IMG/VR virus record: IMGVR_UViG_3300031215_000016
Coordinates: 1 to 61,499 of that record
From: a virus
Taxonomy: Duplodnaviria > Caudoviricetes
Length of the DNA stretch: 61,499 bases
Strand: one strand, 5' to 3'
The position numbers and the translations under genes are program-made. This document shows, piece by piece, positions 17,032 through 25,594 of the stretch; position 1 is the stretch's first letter, and the number at the start of each line of letters is the position of its first letter. Below the pieces are notes generated by a model. The model saw only the letters and a program-made list of their open reading frames with translations, was not told where the DNA came from and did not search any database.

Positions 17032-17642
17032 ATACTATACTTTTTTTTGTTTTCCTGTCTTATTTTTTCTCTGTAATCGTAGTCCGGCATTAACACACCC
17101 AACGAAGTCTCTTTAAGTTTAGAAGAAACACCTTCACCATAAATATTAGAAAGGTTGTCGGGCGTTTCTCTTGATGATATAATCGTTGGCTTTTTTAAGT
17201 CGCTTCTGTAAGTCAGGATTTGCTCTATAACAGTCTTGGCTAAGTTGCTGGTCTCGTTTCTTTTTATTTCGGCCCCTAGGTCTTCCACAAAGAGAAAATC
17301 GGGATAGGTTATCGCTTTAAAAAAGTTAGAATCAGAACCGCCAACCCAACTGCTTGTGAGCATACTAACTAAGGAATTAAAGTATCTAACTCTAACTCCC
17401 ATTCTAGTGCTAGACATTACAGAAAGGGCTGCGGTATATAAAAAGCGAGACTTGCCAGAACCTGGTGGGCCATAAATGTAGAGCCCAATTCCATCCTTTC
17501 TATAATCTTCAACATTATCCCCAAAATGTTTCAATCGAGATTTTTGGGGGTCAGTAAAGTCGTCTAAAGAAACATCGTGCCACTTAGTTGGTAGCTTAGC
17601 TAGTTTTAAAAGCGATTTGTTAGAACTCTGATTCTTTGTCAT
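17028..17642 (-). CDS. DnaC/IstB-like helicase loader ATPase
   Basis: GLYIYGPPGSGKS, LFVEDLGAE, KPTIISS; coupled to the helicase gene. Confidence 0.85.
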   Translation of the reverse strand: MTKNQSSNKSLLKLAKLPTKWHDVSLDDFTDPQKSRLKHFGDNVEDYRKDGIGLYIYGPPGSGKSRFLYTAALSVMSSTRMGVRVRYFNSLVSMLTSSWVGGSDSNFFKAITYPDFLFVEDLGAEIKRNETSNLAKTVIEQILTYRSDLKKPTIISSRETPDNLSNIYGEGVSSKLKETSLGVLMPDYDYREKIRQENKKKYSI

Positions 17643-18426
17643 ATTTTCTACTTTCAGTTATTGTTGGCTTCTTGAATCCCCTAATTGACTGGTATATGTC
17701 GTCTTTCAAAAAAGATAGGGCGGAAGGTGTAGGAAATTTTCGCTTGGCGTAGTTGTCAATGTTCATGACCATCTCTATAACTATTCCAGCTTTTGCGGCA
17801 TCGGAAAAACCTTTAAGGGTAGAACCAAAAGTAAATAAGTCTTTCTTCTGAAATTCTCTAAAGTCTTCCCAATAAGTTAGGAAATAACTAATATTAAATA
17901 TCTCGGCCAGTTTGTTTTGTGTCAACTTAGAACCACCGCCAACACACTCTTCTATGATTTGGTTTCTTCTCTCGTATCTAAGTGAAAACTCACTAGCCCT
18001 GTTTTTTGGTGCGGATTTATGGAAACTAGAATACTTCTCGCACAGAGACTTAATGTCTTCAACGTTTAAAGGGTCAGTTACACTCGAAACAGTCGGGGTA
18101 GTATTTTCTTTTTCGGTATTAAAGGACACATTGTAATTATCGTCAATACTACCTAATACGTAAAAATTTCGGTGGTTAGTTATACGGCCACTCTCAACTA
18201 GTTGCTGAGCAAGTATATCAATTTTCGGTAATCCCTCTATTTCGGATAGTAAAACATCGCTATAAAGATTACCATCGCCAATCTCAAAACATATCGAAGT
18301 AAGGGCTAGGAAAAGTTGGTCTTTGAAACTTAAAGACGACATTTTTTTCCTCATAATATTTTGAGCGGTCAAACCAACATAGACATACTTTTTCTGGGAG
18401 TCTTTTATCGTGCTTAGTTTTGGCAT
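17620..18426 (-). CDS. Hypothetical protein, possibly a replication initiator
   Basis: Immediately upstream of loader + helicase, the usual initiator position; no diagnostic motif. Confidence 0.45.
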   Translation of the reverse strand: MPKLSTIKDSQKKYVYVGLTAQNIMRKKMSSLSFKDQLFLALTSICFEIGDGNLYSDVLLSEIEGLPKIDILAQQLVESGRITNHRNFYVLGSIDDNYNVSFNTEKENTTPTVSSVTDPLNVEDIKSLCEKYSSFHKSAPKNRASEFSLRYERRNQIIEECVGGGSKLTQNKLAEIFNISYFLTYWEDFREFQKKDLFTFGSTLKGFSDAAKAGIVIEMVMNIDNYAKRKFPTPSALSFLKDDIYQSIRGFKKPTITESRKYDKESEF

Positions 18427-18430
18427 GGCG

Positions 18431-18727
18431 CTAGGCGTTATTTATTTGGTATTCGATTTCATCGTCAATAATACCGCTCAACCTCTCTATCGTAGTTTGA
18501 ATATTATCTTCTTGAATTTCTAGCTCTTCTTCATTGAGGGGGTTTACTGCTTTAGCTAGAATACCGGTGCAAACTTTAAAATAGTCTTCACCAATTTTTC
18601 TGGTTACTGACTTCTCGTAGTACACATAATCAGACTTACCATCGGCAAGTTTCATTGGCTCTAGTTTTGCCGTGTTAGCGTGTAAGGGAGCTTCTTTTTT
18701 GGGGGGTGTTTTTTTGATTTTTGGCAT
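18431..18727 (-). CDS. Hypothetical protein
   Basis: ORF in the operon; MPKIKK start. Confidence 0.7.
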   Translation of the reverse strand: MPKIKKTPPKKEAPLHANTAKLEPMKLADGKSDYVYYEKSVTRKIGEDYFKVCTGILAKAVNPLNEEELEIQEDNIQTTIERLSGIIDDEIEYQINNA

Positions 18728-18729
18728 AC

Positions 18730-19035
18730 TTATAGATTTTTATATTCTTCTTCAAAAGCTTTTTTCAATCTAACTGCGGTTTCTTTAGGTCGCTTGTTGT
18801 ATTTCTCTAAGACTTCTGTATTGAATATATGGATAATTTTCTCTACTAATTCTGGGGTATACAACCTTATGTTACCACCTAAGTGAGAGCCAGAAGGTAT
18901 TTTTATATTCGCTTTTGGTAAGACGCCAGAATCTTCTAATTTTCGCATAGCGGATTTACTTTTACCACAAAGTTCGGCCATCTCTTTTCGGGTATAGCAC
19001 TTATGAATTTTTCCCGAAATATTTACTGTAATCAT
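18730..19035 (-). CDS. MerR/excisionase-like HTH DNA-binding protein
   Basis: YTRKEMAELCGKSKSAMRKLEDSGVLP...RLYT winged-HTH pattern. Confidence 0.75.
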   Translation of the reverse strand: MITVNISGKIHKCYTRKEMAELCGKSKSAMRKLEDSGVLPKANIKIPSGSHLGGNIRLYTPELVEKIIHIFNTEVLEKYNKRPKETAVRLKKAFEEEYKNL

Positions 19036-19466
19036 TGCTTGGGTCTACTTATGTTTAGCCGGTAATGTTCTTTTATTTCAGTGATTTCTGATAGGTCTTC
19101 TTCGGTAAGTTCACCGTTTATAGCAAGCTGCTCAATAACTTGCTCATCAACCACTTCAATAGTGGATATGGCTTCTTTGAACCCTAAACGTTTTAATTCT
19201 TCAACAGCTTCGTCTTTGAATTGTAGCTTTCTAACTGGGGTGCAAGAAGCTTCAAAGTCCACGTAGCCAACTCTTGTGGTAAAGTATCTAGCCCCCTCAC
19301 CATTTGGTGTGACATTATCCATTAAGTAGGCTGTGATTTCTTTTTTTAGGTCGTCTTCTTGTTTTTTTAGATTTCTTAATTTGTCTTTAACCCCTTTTAT
19401 TGCAGCTATTTTAAGCTTCACTGCTTTGGTCTTTTCTTCTAAGTTCTGTTGGTTCTGTTCTTGCAT
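19032..19466 (-). CDS. Coiled-coil phage protein, Mu Gam-like (tentative)
   Basis: N-terminal coiled coil followed by ELKRLGFKEAI.TIEVVD pattern; weak resemblance only. Confidence 0.4.
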   Translation of the reverse strand: MQEQNQQNLEEKTKAVKLKIAAIKGVKDKLRNLKKQEDDLKKEITAYLMDNVTPNGEGARYFTTRVGYVDFEASCTPVRKLQFKDEAVEELKRLGFKEAISTIEVVDEQVIEQLAINGELTEEDLSEITEIKEHYRLNISRPKQ

Positions 19467-19495
19467 TTTCGTTGTGCTTATGTAAAACGTTAAAT

Positions 19496-19523
19496 AAAAA
19501 AGAAACGCCCGTAGGCGTCTCTT
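19496..19523 (-). terminator. Intrinsic terminator
   Basis: On the - strand AAGAGACGCC-TACG-GGCGTTTCTT with a cUACGg tetraloop and a following T run. Confidence 0.8.
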
Positions 19524-19545
19524 AGGTATTATAAATAAAAGTTAA

Positions 19546-20523
19546 CTACTTTATGATTACGGCAGTTGTTTGCTCTGGGTCTAGTGTTTCTTCTGTATCA
19601 TCTTCATAAAGAATAACAGGGCCCTTTCCACGAGCAATCTTAGACACTTCACCATCTACCCATTCTCCTTTTCCATCATTCTCTAATGGCCAGAAAACAG
19701 ATACTTTATCACCTTTTTTCAGTTGTGCTTTGGCTTCTTCATAGCTAAGCTCTTCTGACTCTTCTTCTTTCTCTTCTTGAGCTCCTTCTTCCTCTTCGCC
19801 TATAATCAAACTATAGGTTTCTATTCCCATGTCACCTGGGTCAATAGAAGAATCGTCAAAAAATACTGAGGCTTGGTCTTCCAGAATATTCTCAATGGCT
19901 TCTACCTCTGATTTTTCAACTTCTAAGTTATCAAAGATTATCTCTTTGTTGCGAGCCACAATGTCCTCTTGGCTGTCAGCTATTGCATAACTATCAGATA
20001 AAGCTTGGATTATTTTCTCCTCTGTTAGTGGCTCTGACTTTTCTTCTTTTTTAGAAGAGCTACCACGAGATTTCTTGGTAGGTTCTTTCTTTTCTTCTTT
20101 CTCCTCACCAGCTAAAGGGTCTTGACCATCTTGAAGCTCCAAATAAATCTTTCTGAGCTTTTTGTTGGTGTTAGAGCCTGTAGTTTCGTCCAAATCAAAT
20201 TCGGGGAAATTTTGCTCTATAAGCTCAATAAGATTACTTGCAGGGGTAATTTTTTGCAATTCAGACTCCGTGTAAACCTTAGTTTCGGAAGAAGTCTCTT
20301 CCTTAGTTTCGGGCTCTTTTTTGATTGGGGGGGTTTCTTTTTTTGGTTCGGGCTTTTCAGCAGCTTCTTTGATTTTTGGGCTGTCTGAAGAATTTATGAC
20401 GTTCTTGACGTTCATAAGAGGGAAATAAACAACTCCATCCCCATCAATTACGGCTTCAACGTCTTCGCCTGGATTCACATTAAGCATCAAGTTCGATGCT
20501 ATTGAAACTAGTACTTTTTTCAT
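19546..20523 (-). CDS. Very acidic multidomain protein with a C-terminal Tudor/SH3-like barrel
   Basis: Glu/Lys-rich linkers; C-terminus KKGDKVSVFWP...EWVDGEV...ILYEDDTEE. Confidence 0.7.
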   Translation of the reverse strand: MKKVLVSIASNLMLNVNPGEDVEAVIDGDGVVYFPLMNVKNVINSSDSPKIKEAAEKPEPKKETPPIKKEPETKEETSSETKVYTESELQKITPASNLIELIEQNFPEFDLDETTGSNTNKKLRKIYLELQDGQDPLAGEEKEEKKEPTKKSRGSSSKKEEKSEPLTEEKIIQALSDSYAIADSQEDIVARNKEIIFDNLEVEKSEVEAIENILEDQASVFFDDSSIDPGDMGIETYSLIIGEEEEGAQEEKEEESEELSYEEAKAQLKKGDKVSVFWPLENDGKGEWVDGEVSKIARGKGPVILYEDDTEETLDPEQTTAVIIK

Positions 20524-20646
20524 TCTTACTTCTGTTTTTATGATTACTAATTATTTGGTTACTAATATGGCTTAAATTAATTGAGTTTTTTTAAGGTTTT
20601 TATTCCTTAGTTTTTGGGGTTGCAAATCTAAACTCTTTATCGGTCG

Positions 20647-20859
20647 TTATGCACGAGGTAAAATATTAAATATGATAACTATTCCTACACCAGACCTTTT
20701 AATAAGTAACTTAACGTTCTGCTCTAGGTGGCAAAACTTTCTAAGGTGGTTCCCATGCAACTCTTTTACGTGGCATTTAACTCCTTCGGAGGTAGGGATT
20801 ACTTTTTCAGTAGGTAGGTTTTCGGAAACCCATTGGCTTAACTCTTCTCTATTCTGCAT
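20647..20859 (-). CDS. Hypothetical protein
   Basis: ATG after an AT-rich leader on the coding strand. Confidence 0.6.
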   Translation of the reverse strand: MQNREELSQWVSENLPTEKVIPTSEGVKCHVKELHGNHLRKFCHLEQNVKLLIKRSGVGIVIIFNILPRA

Positions 20860-20898
20860 TATATATATTTACATTAAAATTAATAAACTTTTTGAAGG

Positions 20899-20935
20899 TC
20901 TTAGGGCGCTACGCATGTCAGATAGCGCCCTAAGA
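20899..20935. repeat. Perfect 13-bp inverted repeat (intergenic hairpin)
   Basis: TCTTAGGGCGCTA - 11 nt - TAGCGCCCTAAGA. Confidence 0.85.
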
Positions 20936-20980
20936 TTCTGCAAAGCAGGATTCCTCAATTTATTTTCCCATGAGGATAGG

Positions 20981-21316
20981 CTAATCTTTGTTATTGTGTG
21001 TTAAGTTATTTAAAGACTTTTTTGAAACTTCTTTTTTTCTGCGGATATAATCAACTCTGAAATTGGAAGCAGTAAGGTTGCTTTTCATAGCACTAAATGT
21101 CTTGCTTGCTTGTAATAAATTAGAGCGTAGTCTTAGCCCAGCTTTGTTTTTACCCTCTACCAAAAACTTGTTTAAGTCTTCTTCAAAACTATCTAAACTT
21201 ATGTCTATGTTTCGCTTGGCTAATGTGAAGTCTTCAATAAGTCTCTTTTTTGCTTTTTCGTTAGTAAGGTCGTACTTACCATCTTCTCTGAATATTTTAT
21301 CCTCAAGTTTAGGCAT
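20981..21316 (-). CDS. Histone H1-like (Hc1 family) nucleoid protein
   Basis: FEEDLNKFLVEGKNKAGLRLRSNLLQASK resembles the Hc1 core (D..KF.EKGNKAAG.R.RK); start taken at MPKLED (21316) instead of 21397. Confidence 0.65.
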   Translation of the reverse strand: MPKLEDKIFREDGKYDLTNEKAKKRLIEDFTLAKRNIDISLDSFEEDLNKFLVEGKNKAGLRLRSNLLQASKTFSAMKSNLTASNFRVDYIRRKKEVSKKSLNNLTHNNKD

Positions 21317-21656
21317 TTTTTTGCTCCTCTCTTTTTTGGTTGAACTTTCTAGTGGCCACGGATAATACGGGGGTAGTAGACCAAGCAGTTTTTCCAAAAT
21401 CGTTATTGGAAGGGAACATTTCTTTGTGCTCTAACTCTACATCAGTACCGCCAAAATTAACGGTGGTTGGTTTTTGTATTTTAATAAAAAATATCTCATA
21501 ACCAACAACTTTTTCGTGCTCTGGGTCATATTGCTCATACATAGCTAGGCCAGCATCTCTATCAACACGTATTTGGGTATAAAGAAACTTGTTCTTCTTC
21601 AACTCAATCGGTAAGGGTTGCGGCTTGCTCTCTGTCTTCTGTTTCAGTTTTGGCAT
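21309..21656 (-). CDS. Hypothetical phage protein, first gene of the leftward operon
   Basis: YEIF.IK...E.FPSNNDFGKTAWS motif; follows a predicted promoter. Confidence 0.7.
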   Translation of the reverse strand: MPKLKQKTESKPQPLPIELKKNKFLYTQIRVDRDAGLAMYEQYDPEHEKVVGYEIFFIKIQKPTTVNFGGTDVELEHKEMFPSNNDFGKTAWSTTPVLSVATRKFNQKREEQKNA

Positions 21657-21677
21657 AGCGATGTGTTAAATCTTGGA

Positions 21678-21712
21678 CAAATGTAATGAATAAAATCACA
21701 ATTAAAAGCAAA
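21678..21712 (-). promoter_or_regulatory. Bacteroidota-type housekeeping promoter driving the leftward replication module
   Basis: TACATTTG (-7 box, TAnnTTTG) at 21685-21678 and TTTG at 21712-21709 (23-nt spacer); 21 nt before the ATG at 21656. Confidence 0.65.
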
Positions 21713-21717
21713 TTATT

Positions 21718-21725
21718 TACCTTTG
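21718..21725 (+). promoter_or_regulatory. Bacteroidota-type -7 promoter box for the rightward operon
   Basis: TACCTTTG in the divergent intergenic region; no clear -33 box. Confidence 0.55.
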
Positions 21726-21727
21726 CT

Positions 21728-21848
21728 GAGAAATAAAGAATAAAAAGAATAAAAAGAAAGAAAAAAAGAAAAGAAAGAAAGAAAGTAAGACAAAGAAAGA
21801 AAGAAAAGAAAAAAAGAAAGAAAAACAAGAAAAACAAGAAAACAACGA
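21728..21848 (+). repeat. Low-complexity purine tract (AAAG/AAAAG/AAAAAC-type units)
   Basis: About 120 nt that are almost entirely A and G on the + strand. Confidence 0.9.
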
Positions 21849-21907
21849 CCTTTTTTTCAAAAAGACTCGTTTCATTCAGATTATCAACACTTTAAGAGTA
21901 AAAATAT

Positions 21908-22309
21908 ATGAGTAATGAGGTAGGCAAAGTAGGTGGGTTTGAAAAAAAAGACGAACACTATTTAAGCATATTAGCGCAAGGCTCAAATGTACTGCTAGAA
22001 TACTCAGAGTTAGTGGAAGGTAAGAGGTTATTCGTTTACCAAGTCCATGCTGTAAGAAAAGTAGGCAAGAGAGATATTGTTCTTTCTAATGGGTTGCGGT
22101 TCTCTGTAAGTACTGGGTTAGCTTTAGGAAACTACACAAGCAATAAACTCAAAGACGCCAGAATTCTCCCCCTTACTCTCGATAGAAGGAAGCAAATCAA
22201 TGAGCAAAGGGCTATTAGAAAGTTAACCGCCCAATTGGTGGGTTTGTTAAAAACTAAAACACTATCATCAAACAAATTATTAACCATAATAGACATTGTC
22301 AATGAATGA
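21908..22309 (+). CDS. Hypothetical protein
   Basis: First ORF of the rightward operon; A-rich leader. Confidence 0.7.
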   Translation: MSNEVGKVGGFEKKDEHYLSILAQGSNVLLEYSELVEGKRLFVYQVHAVRKVGKRDIVLSNGLRFSVSTGLALGNYTSNKLKDARILPLTLDRRKQINEQRAIRKLTAQLVGLLKTKTLSSNKLLTIIDIVNE

Positions 22310-23057
22310 AAGTGAAAATATTATCGAAAGAATATCCTATTGGGCTAAATGTTTTGGGCATAACGTCCCTTCATTTGTGCTTGAAAAAGTAGAAGAGAAA
22401 AAAAGACACCTTTATAACAAGCTGATAATTGAGGAGTTTGAAGAATTGAGCGAAGCATCCAAGGAAGAAGACTTAGAAGAGATTATTGACGCTTACGGAG
22501 ACATTGTGTGGGTGTGCATCTTTAAAATGGTTTGCCTAGGGTACTACCCCAAACATGTTCTTTCGGACGCCCTAGAGTGGGGAGTACTCTTTAGGAAGTC
22601 GGAAAAACATGTGGGAAAAGCCGAGTTAATGCCCCCTTCAGAATCTTTACCAAAATTGGTCTGGTTGAACAGCTTACATAATAACTACCAAAGTCATTGT
22701 CTTTTGGCGGTCGGACTAAACGAAGAGCACTCAGGATTAATTGAAATATTAAAAGAAATATCAGTAACAAAATCCTTACTGTACGAGATAATACGGTTGT
22801 TTGAGAGTAAGGGGGTGTCAACGATGGAAGTCATTGAAAGTATTTACGTGTCGAATATGACAAAGGTTATTGTTGGGCAAGAAGCCAAAGAAAAGACCAT
22901 AGAATTTTATCAAGAAAAAGGCATAGAGTTGGGCTTTAATGAAGTTAAAAATAGGTCGTGGACTTGTTACAACTTAGATACTGGGAAATCTTTGAAATCC
23001 GTGCAATTCAAAAAACCAGACCATTCCAAAACTATCAACAAAATATTAAAGAGATGA
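22302..23057 (+). CDS. All-alpha NTP pyrophosphohydrolase (MazG/DR2231-like, PRA-PH family)
   Basis: LIIEEFEEL...EIIDAYGDIVWV metal-binding motif, SNMTK and GK.LK...FKKPD tail; ATG at 22302. Confidence 0.8.
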   Translation: MNESENIIERISYWAKCFGHNVPSFVLEKVEEKKRHLYNKLIIEEFEELSEASKEEDLEEIIDAYGDIVWVCIFKMVCLGYYPKHVLSDALEWGVLFRKSEKHVGKAELMPPSESLPKLVWLNSLHNNYQSHCLLAVGLNEEHSGLIEILKEISVTKSLLYEIIRLFESKGVSTMEVIESIYVSNMTKVIVGQEAKEKTIEFYQEKGIELGFNEVKNRSWTCYNLDTGKSLKSVQFKKPDHSKTINKILKR

Positions 23058-23383
23058 AAATAGTTTTCACGAAATGGATGAGAAAAAACACGAGAGGAAA
23101 AGCTTTTTGGCCTTTTGTGTTCGTAAAGAAAGGTTTGAGCCAAGTAGAAATGATAACAGTCATAAATCACGAGACAACGCATATAAAGCAGCAACAAGAA
23201 ATGCTTGTTGTGTTCGCCATTGTGTGGTATTGGACAGAAATGATTGCCCGGCTATTAATATACAAGCTTAACTACAAAAAAGCCTATGACCTTCACTCTA
23301 TGGAAAGAGAAGCCAGAGAAAATCAGGAAGACATAACTTACAACGTCAGGAGAGCGCCCTACTCATTTATTCTATACTTATGA
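23054..23383 (+). CDS. HExxH membrane-associated protein of a family common in Bacteroidota
   Basis: WPFVF...INHETTHIKQQQEML...WY..E...AY...SMEREA; ATG at 23054 overlaps the previous stop. Confidence 0.75.
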   Translation: MKIVFTKWMRKNTRGKAFWPFVFVKKGLSQVEMITVINHETTHIKQQQEMLVVFAIVWYWTEMIARLLIYKLNYKKAYDLHSMEREARENQEDITYNVRRAPYSFILYL

Positions 23384-24948
23384 TTCCCTGGGCAATAAAA
23401 AAATCTTTAATGGCAGTACCAAAAGGTTCTGTTGATGTTAAAACCCTAGAGAAAGACTTGTCTGTAAAAGAGTTAGGGTTCACTAATAAAGGAAGAAAAA
23501 GCTTAGGCATTAAGCCTTTATGGAGAGAAGATAGTGAAAGATTTTATTTGCCCAGAAACTATCTAAGGAATAAGGGGATAAAAATAAAGGAGTTTAGAGA
23601 CTTGACAAAAGAAGGGACAGAGTGCCCAAAAATGGTTTTTAAAGCCAAACTAAGGGATTACCAAGAAGAGTTCTTTAGGCAGCACGATAGGCTCTTTACG
23701 GACACCGATGTAGTAATAGAAGCTGGTTGCGGTTCGGGTAAAACTGTTATGAGCATCTACATGGTTTGTAAAAGGGCAGTAAAAACTATTGTTTTGGTTC
23801 CGACTAATTTTTTGGCCGACCAATATTACGACCGGTGTGTAGAGTTTGTTGATGGAGCCAAAGTGTCTAGGGCAACAACAAAGAAAATTGATTGGGAAGA
23901 CGCTGACATACTGATACTATCCTACGAGCTTTTCAAAGTAAGGAAGTTTACAAAAGAGTTTTTTGAAGAGTTTGGCCATTTTGTTATTGATGAAGGTCAT
24001 AGAGTAGGCGCGGACGGGCATGAAAAAATAACAGCGATGATGCCTGCAAAATATAGGACAATGCTTACTGCTACATTTCGTAGAGAAGACGGTACTATGG
24101 AAATTATTGAGCACCATTTTTCTTTTCGCGCCAAAATGAAAAAAGTAAATCCAGACGTGTTGGTGTTCCCTTTAAACATAGGAAAGAAATACGGAACTAT
24201 TGTAAGTTTTAAAAAGAATTTTGAGAAAGAAAAAAGCAAATCAGAGTTACTGGAAGCTTTAAAAGTTATGGAAGACGTTGGTGTATCAATGTTAAGAAAA
24301 GGACACAACGTAGAGTTCCTAGAACCTATGGAAGTACAGAAATGCTTTTTTAAAATAAACCACAACGTATTAAGCAAAAAAACCTCAAACATAATTGACA
24401 GCATCATATACAAAGTAGGGTTAGCAACCAAAAATCCCCAATATGCCGCAGTAGATAGTTATGTATCCATGGACAAAGTAAGAAATGTTAAGCTTGCTAA
24501 ATTTTGCAGAGATTTAGTTGTAAGGGATGGGAGAAGAGTTTTAATATTGGGCAAAAGATTAGACCAATTAAATTATTTTGATAGCTATTTAAAAAATTGT
24601 GGCATAGTTTCGCAAGTATTAAATAGGGAAACAAACGCGGCTTTGAGGAAAGCGAAAAAACTAGAAAAAACCATCGGGGAAGCCCAAGTAATAGTGGGCA
24701 TAGATAAGTTAGCAAAAGAGGGGATGGACGTAGATAAATTAGACACCCTAGTGCTGCTAACTCCCATAGGTGACACGGAGCAAGCTTTTGGTAGGGTGAG
24801 CAGAATACTTAAAGGAAAAAAGAAACCATACGCATTTTACCCATACGACCAGTGCACACCTTACCAACAAATATTCAAAAAATCACAAAAATTTATACCA
24901 ATTAACGGGAGAATCCAAAAAGAAATATATTTAGACGATTATGTATAG
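23380..24948 (+). CDS. Superfamily 2 helicase (UvsW/XPB-like)
   Basis: LRDYQ, GCGSGKT, IDEGH, TAT, EGMDV, QAFGRVSR. Confidence 0.92.
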   Translation: MIPWAIKKSLMAVPKGSVDVKTLEKDLSVKELGFTNKGRKSLGIKPLWREDSERFYLPRNYLRNKGIKIKEFRDLTKEGTECPKMVFKAKLRDYQEEFFRQHDRLFTDTDVVIEAGCGSGKTVMSIYMVCKRAVKTIVLVPTNFLADQYYDRCVEFVDGAKVSRATTKKIDWEDADILILSYELFKVRKFTKEFFEEFGHFVIDEGHRVGADGHEKITAMMPAKYRTMLTATFRREDGTMEIIEHHFSFRAKMKKVNPDVLVFPLNIGKKYGTIVSFKKNFEKEKSKSELLEALKVMEDVGVSMLRKGHNVEFLEPMEVQKCFFKINHNVLSKKTSNIIDSIIYKVGLATKNPQYAAVDSYVSMDKVRNVKLAKFCRDLVVRDGRRVLILGKRLDQLNYFDSYLKNCGIVSQVLNRETNAALRKAKKLEKTIGEAQVIVGIDKLAKEGMDVDKLDTLVLLTPIGDTEQAFGRVSRILKGKKKPYAFYPYDQCTPYQQIFKKSQKFIPINGRIQKEIYLDDYV

Positions 24949-25594
24949 GAAAGACAAAGAGTTAGGTTTAGAAGTAAAGAACCACTTAATTGAGGAAGGG
25001 ATAGAAAACCCTACAATAGAAGTTTTGGGCGACCAAAAAAAAGAGGTAGAAAAGTTTGCTGCAAAAATGTTAGAGTCCATAGGGATAGACCTAAGTAACT
25101 CTTCGACTAAAGGCACTCCAAGGAGATTAGCTAAGATGTTTGTAGATGAACTTTTCTGGGGACTTAATTACGATAATTTTCCTGCCCTTCAAGTAACTGA
25201 GGACGAATATGGAGTCTATGATTCAATGATAATCGAGAAAGCCATACCAGTAAAAAGCATGTGTGAACACCACTTAATGCCAATAAAGGGTATTTGCTCT
25301 ATAGCCTACATCCCAAACAAAAAGATATTGGGGTTATCGAAATTGAACAGAGTGGTTAGGTTCTTTAGTAGGCGGCCACAAATACAGGAGAGGTTAACAG
25401 AGCAAATACATGCGGCAATGGCTTGGGTACTAGAAACAGACGATGTGGCTGTTCACATGAGCGCTGAGCACTTCTGTGTGTCTCATAGAGGGGTAGAAGA
25501 CCATGGAACAGTTACGGAGACCATGAGACTGTCGGGGGCATTCAAAGAAGACCCTGCGGCTCGTTCAGAGTTTACCCAAACGGTGAACAAATGA
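24941..25594 (+). CDS. folE: GTP cyclohydrolase I
   Basis: TPRRLAKMF, SMCEHH, GLSKLNR, QIQERLT, HFCVSHRG. Confidence 0.97.
   Translation: MYRKDKELGLEVKNHLIEEGIENPTIEVLGDQKKEVEKFAAKMLESIGIDLSNSSTKGTPRRLAKMFVDELFWGLNYDNFPALQVTEDEYGVYDSMIIEKAIPVKSMCEHHLMPIKGICSIAYIPNKKILGLSKLNRVVRFFSRRPQIQERLTEQIHAAMAWVLETDDVAVHMSAEHFCVSHRGVEDHGTVTETMRLSGAFKEDPAARSEFTQTVNK

Noticed and set aside
21604-21837. 77-aa Phe-rich ORF (MFFLFFFLFFFSFF...)
   Set aside because: It is the reverse reading of the purine tract and spans the promoter boxes; low-complexity artefact.
24941-25594. folE as a folate auxiliary metabolic gene
   Set aside because: With queC and dpdA present, preQ0 supply for DNA modification is the simpler explanation.
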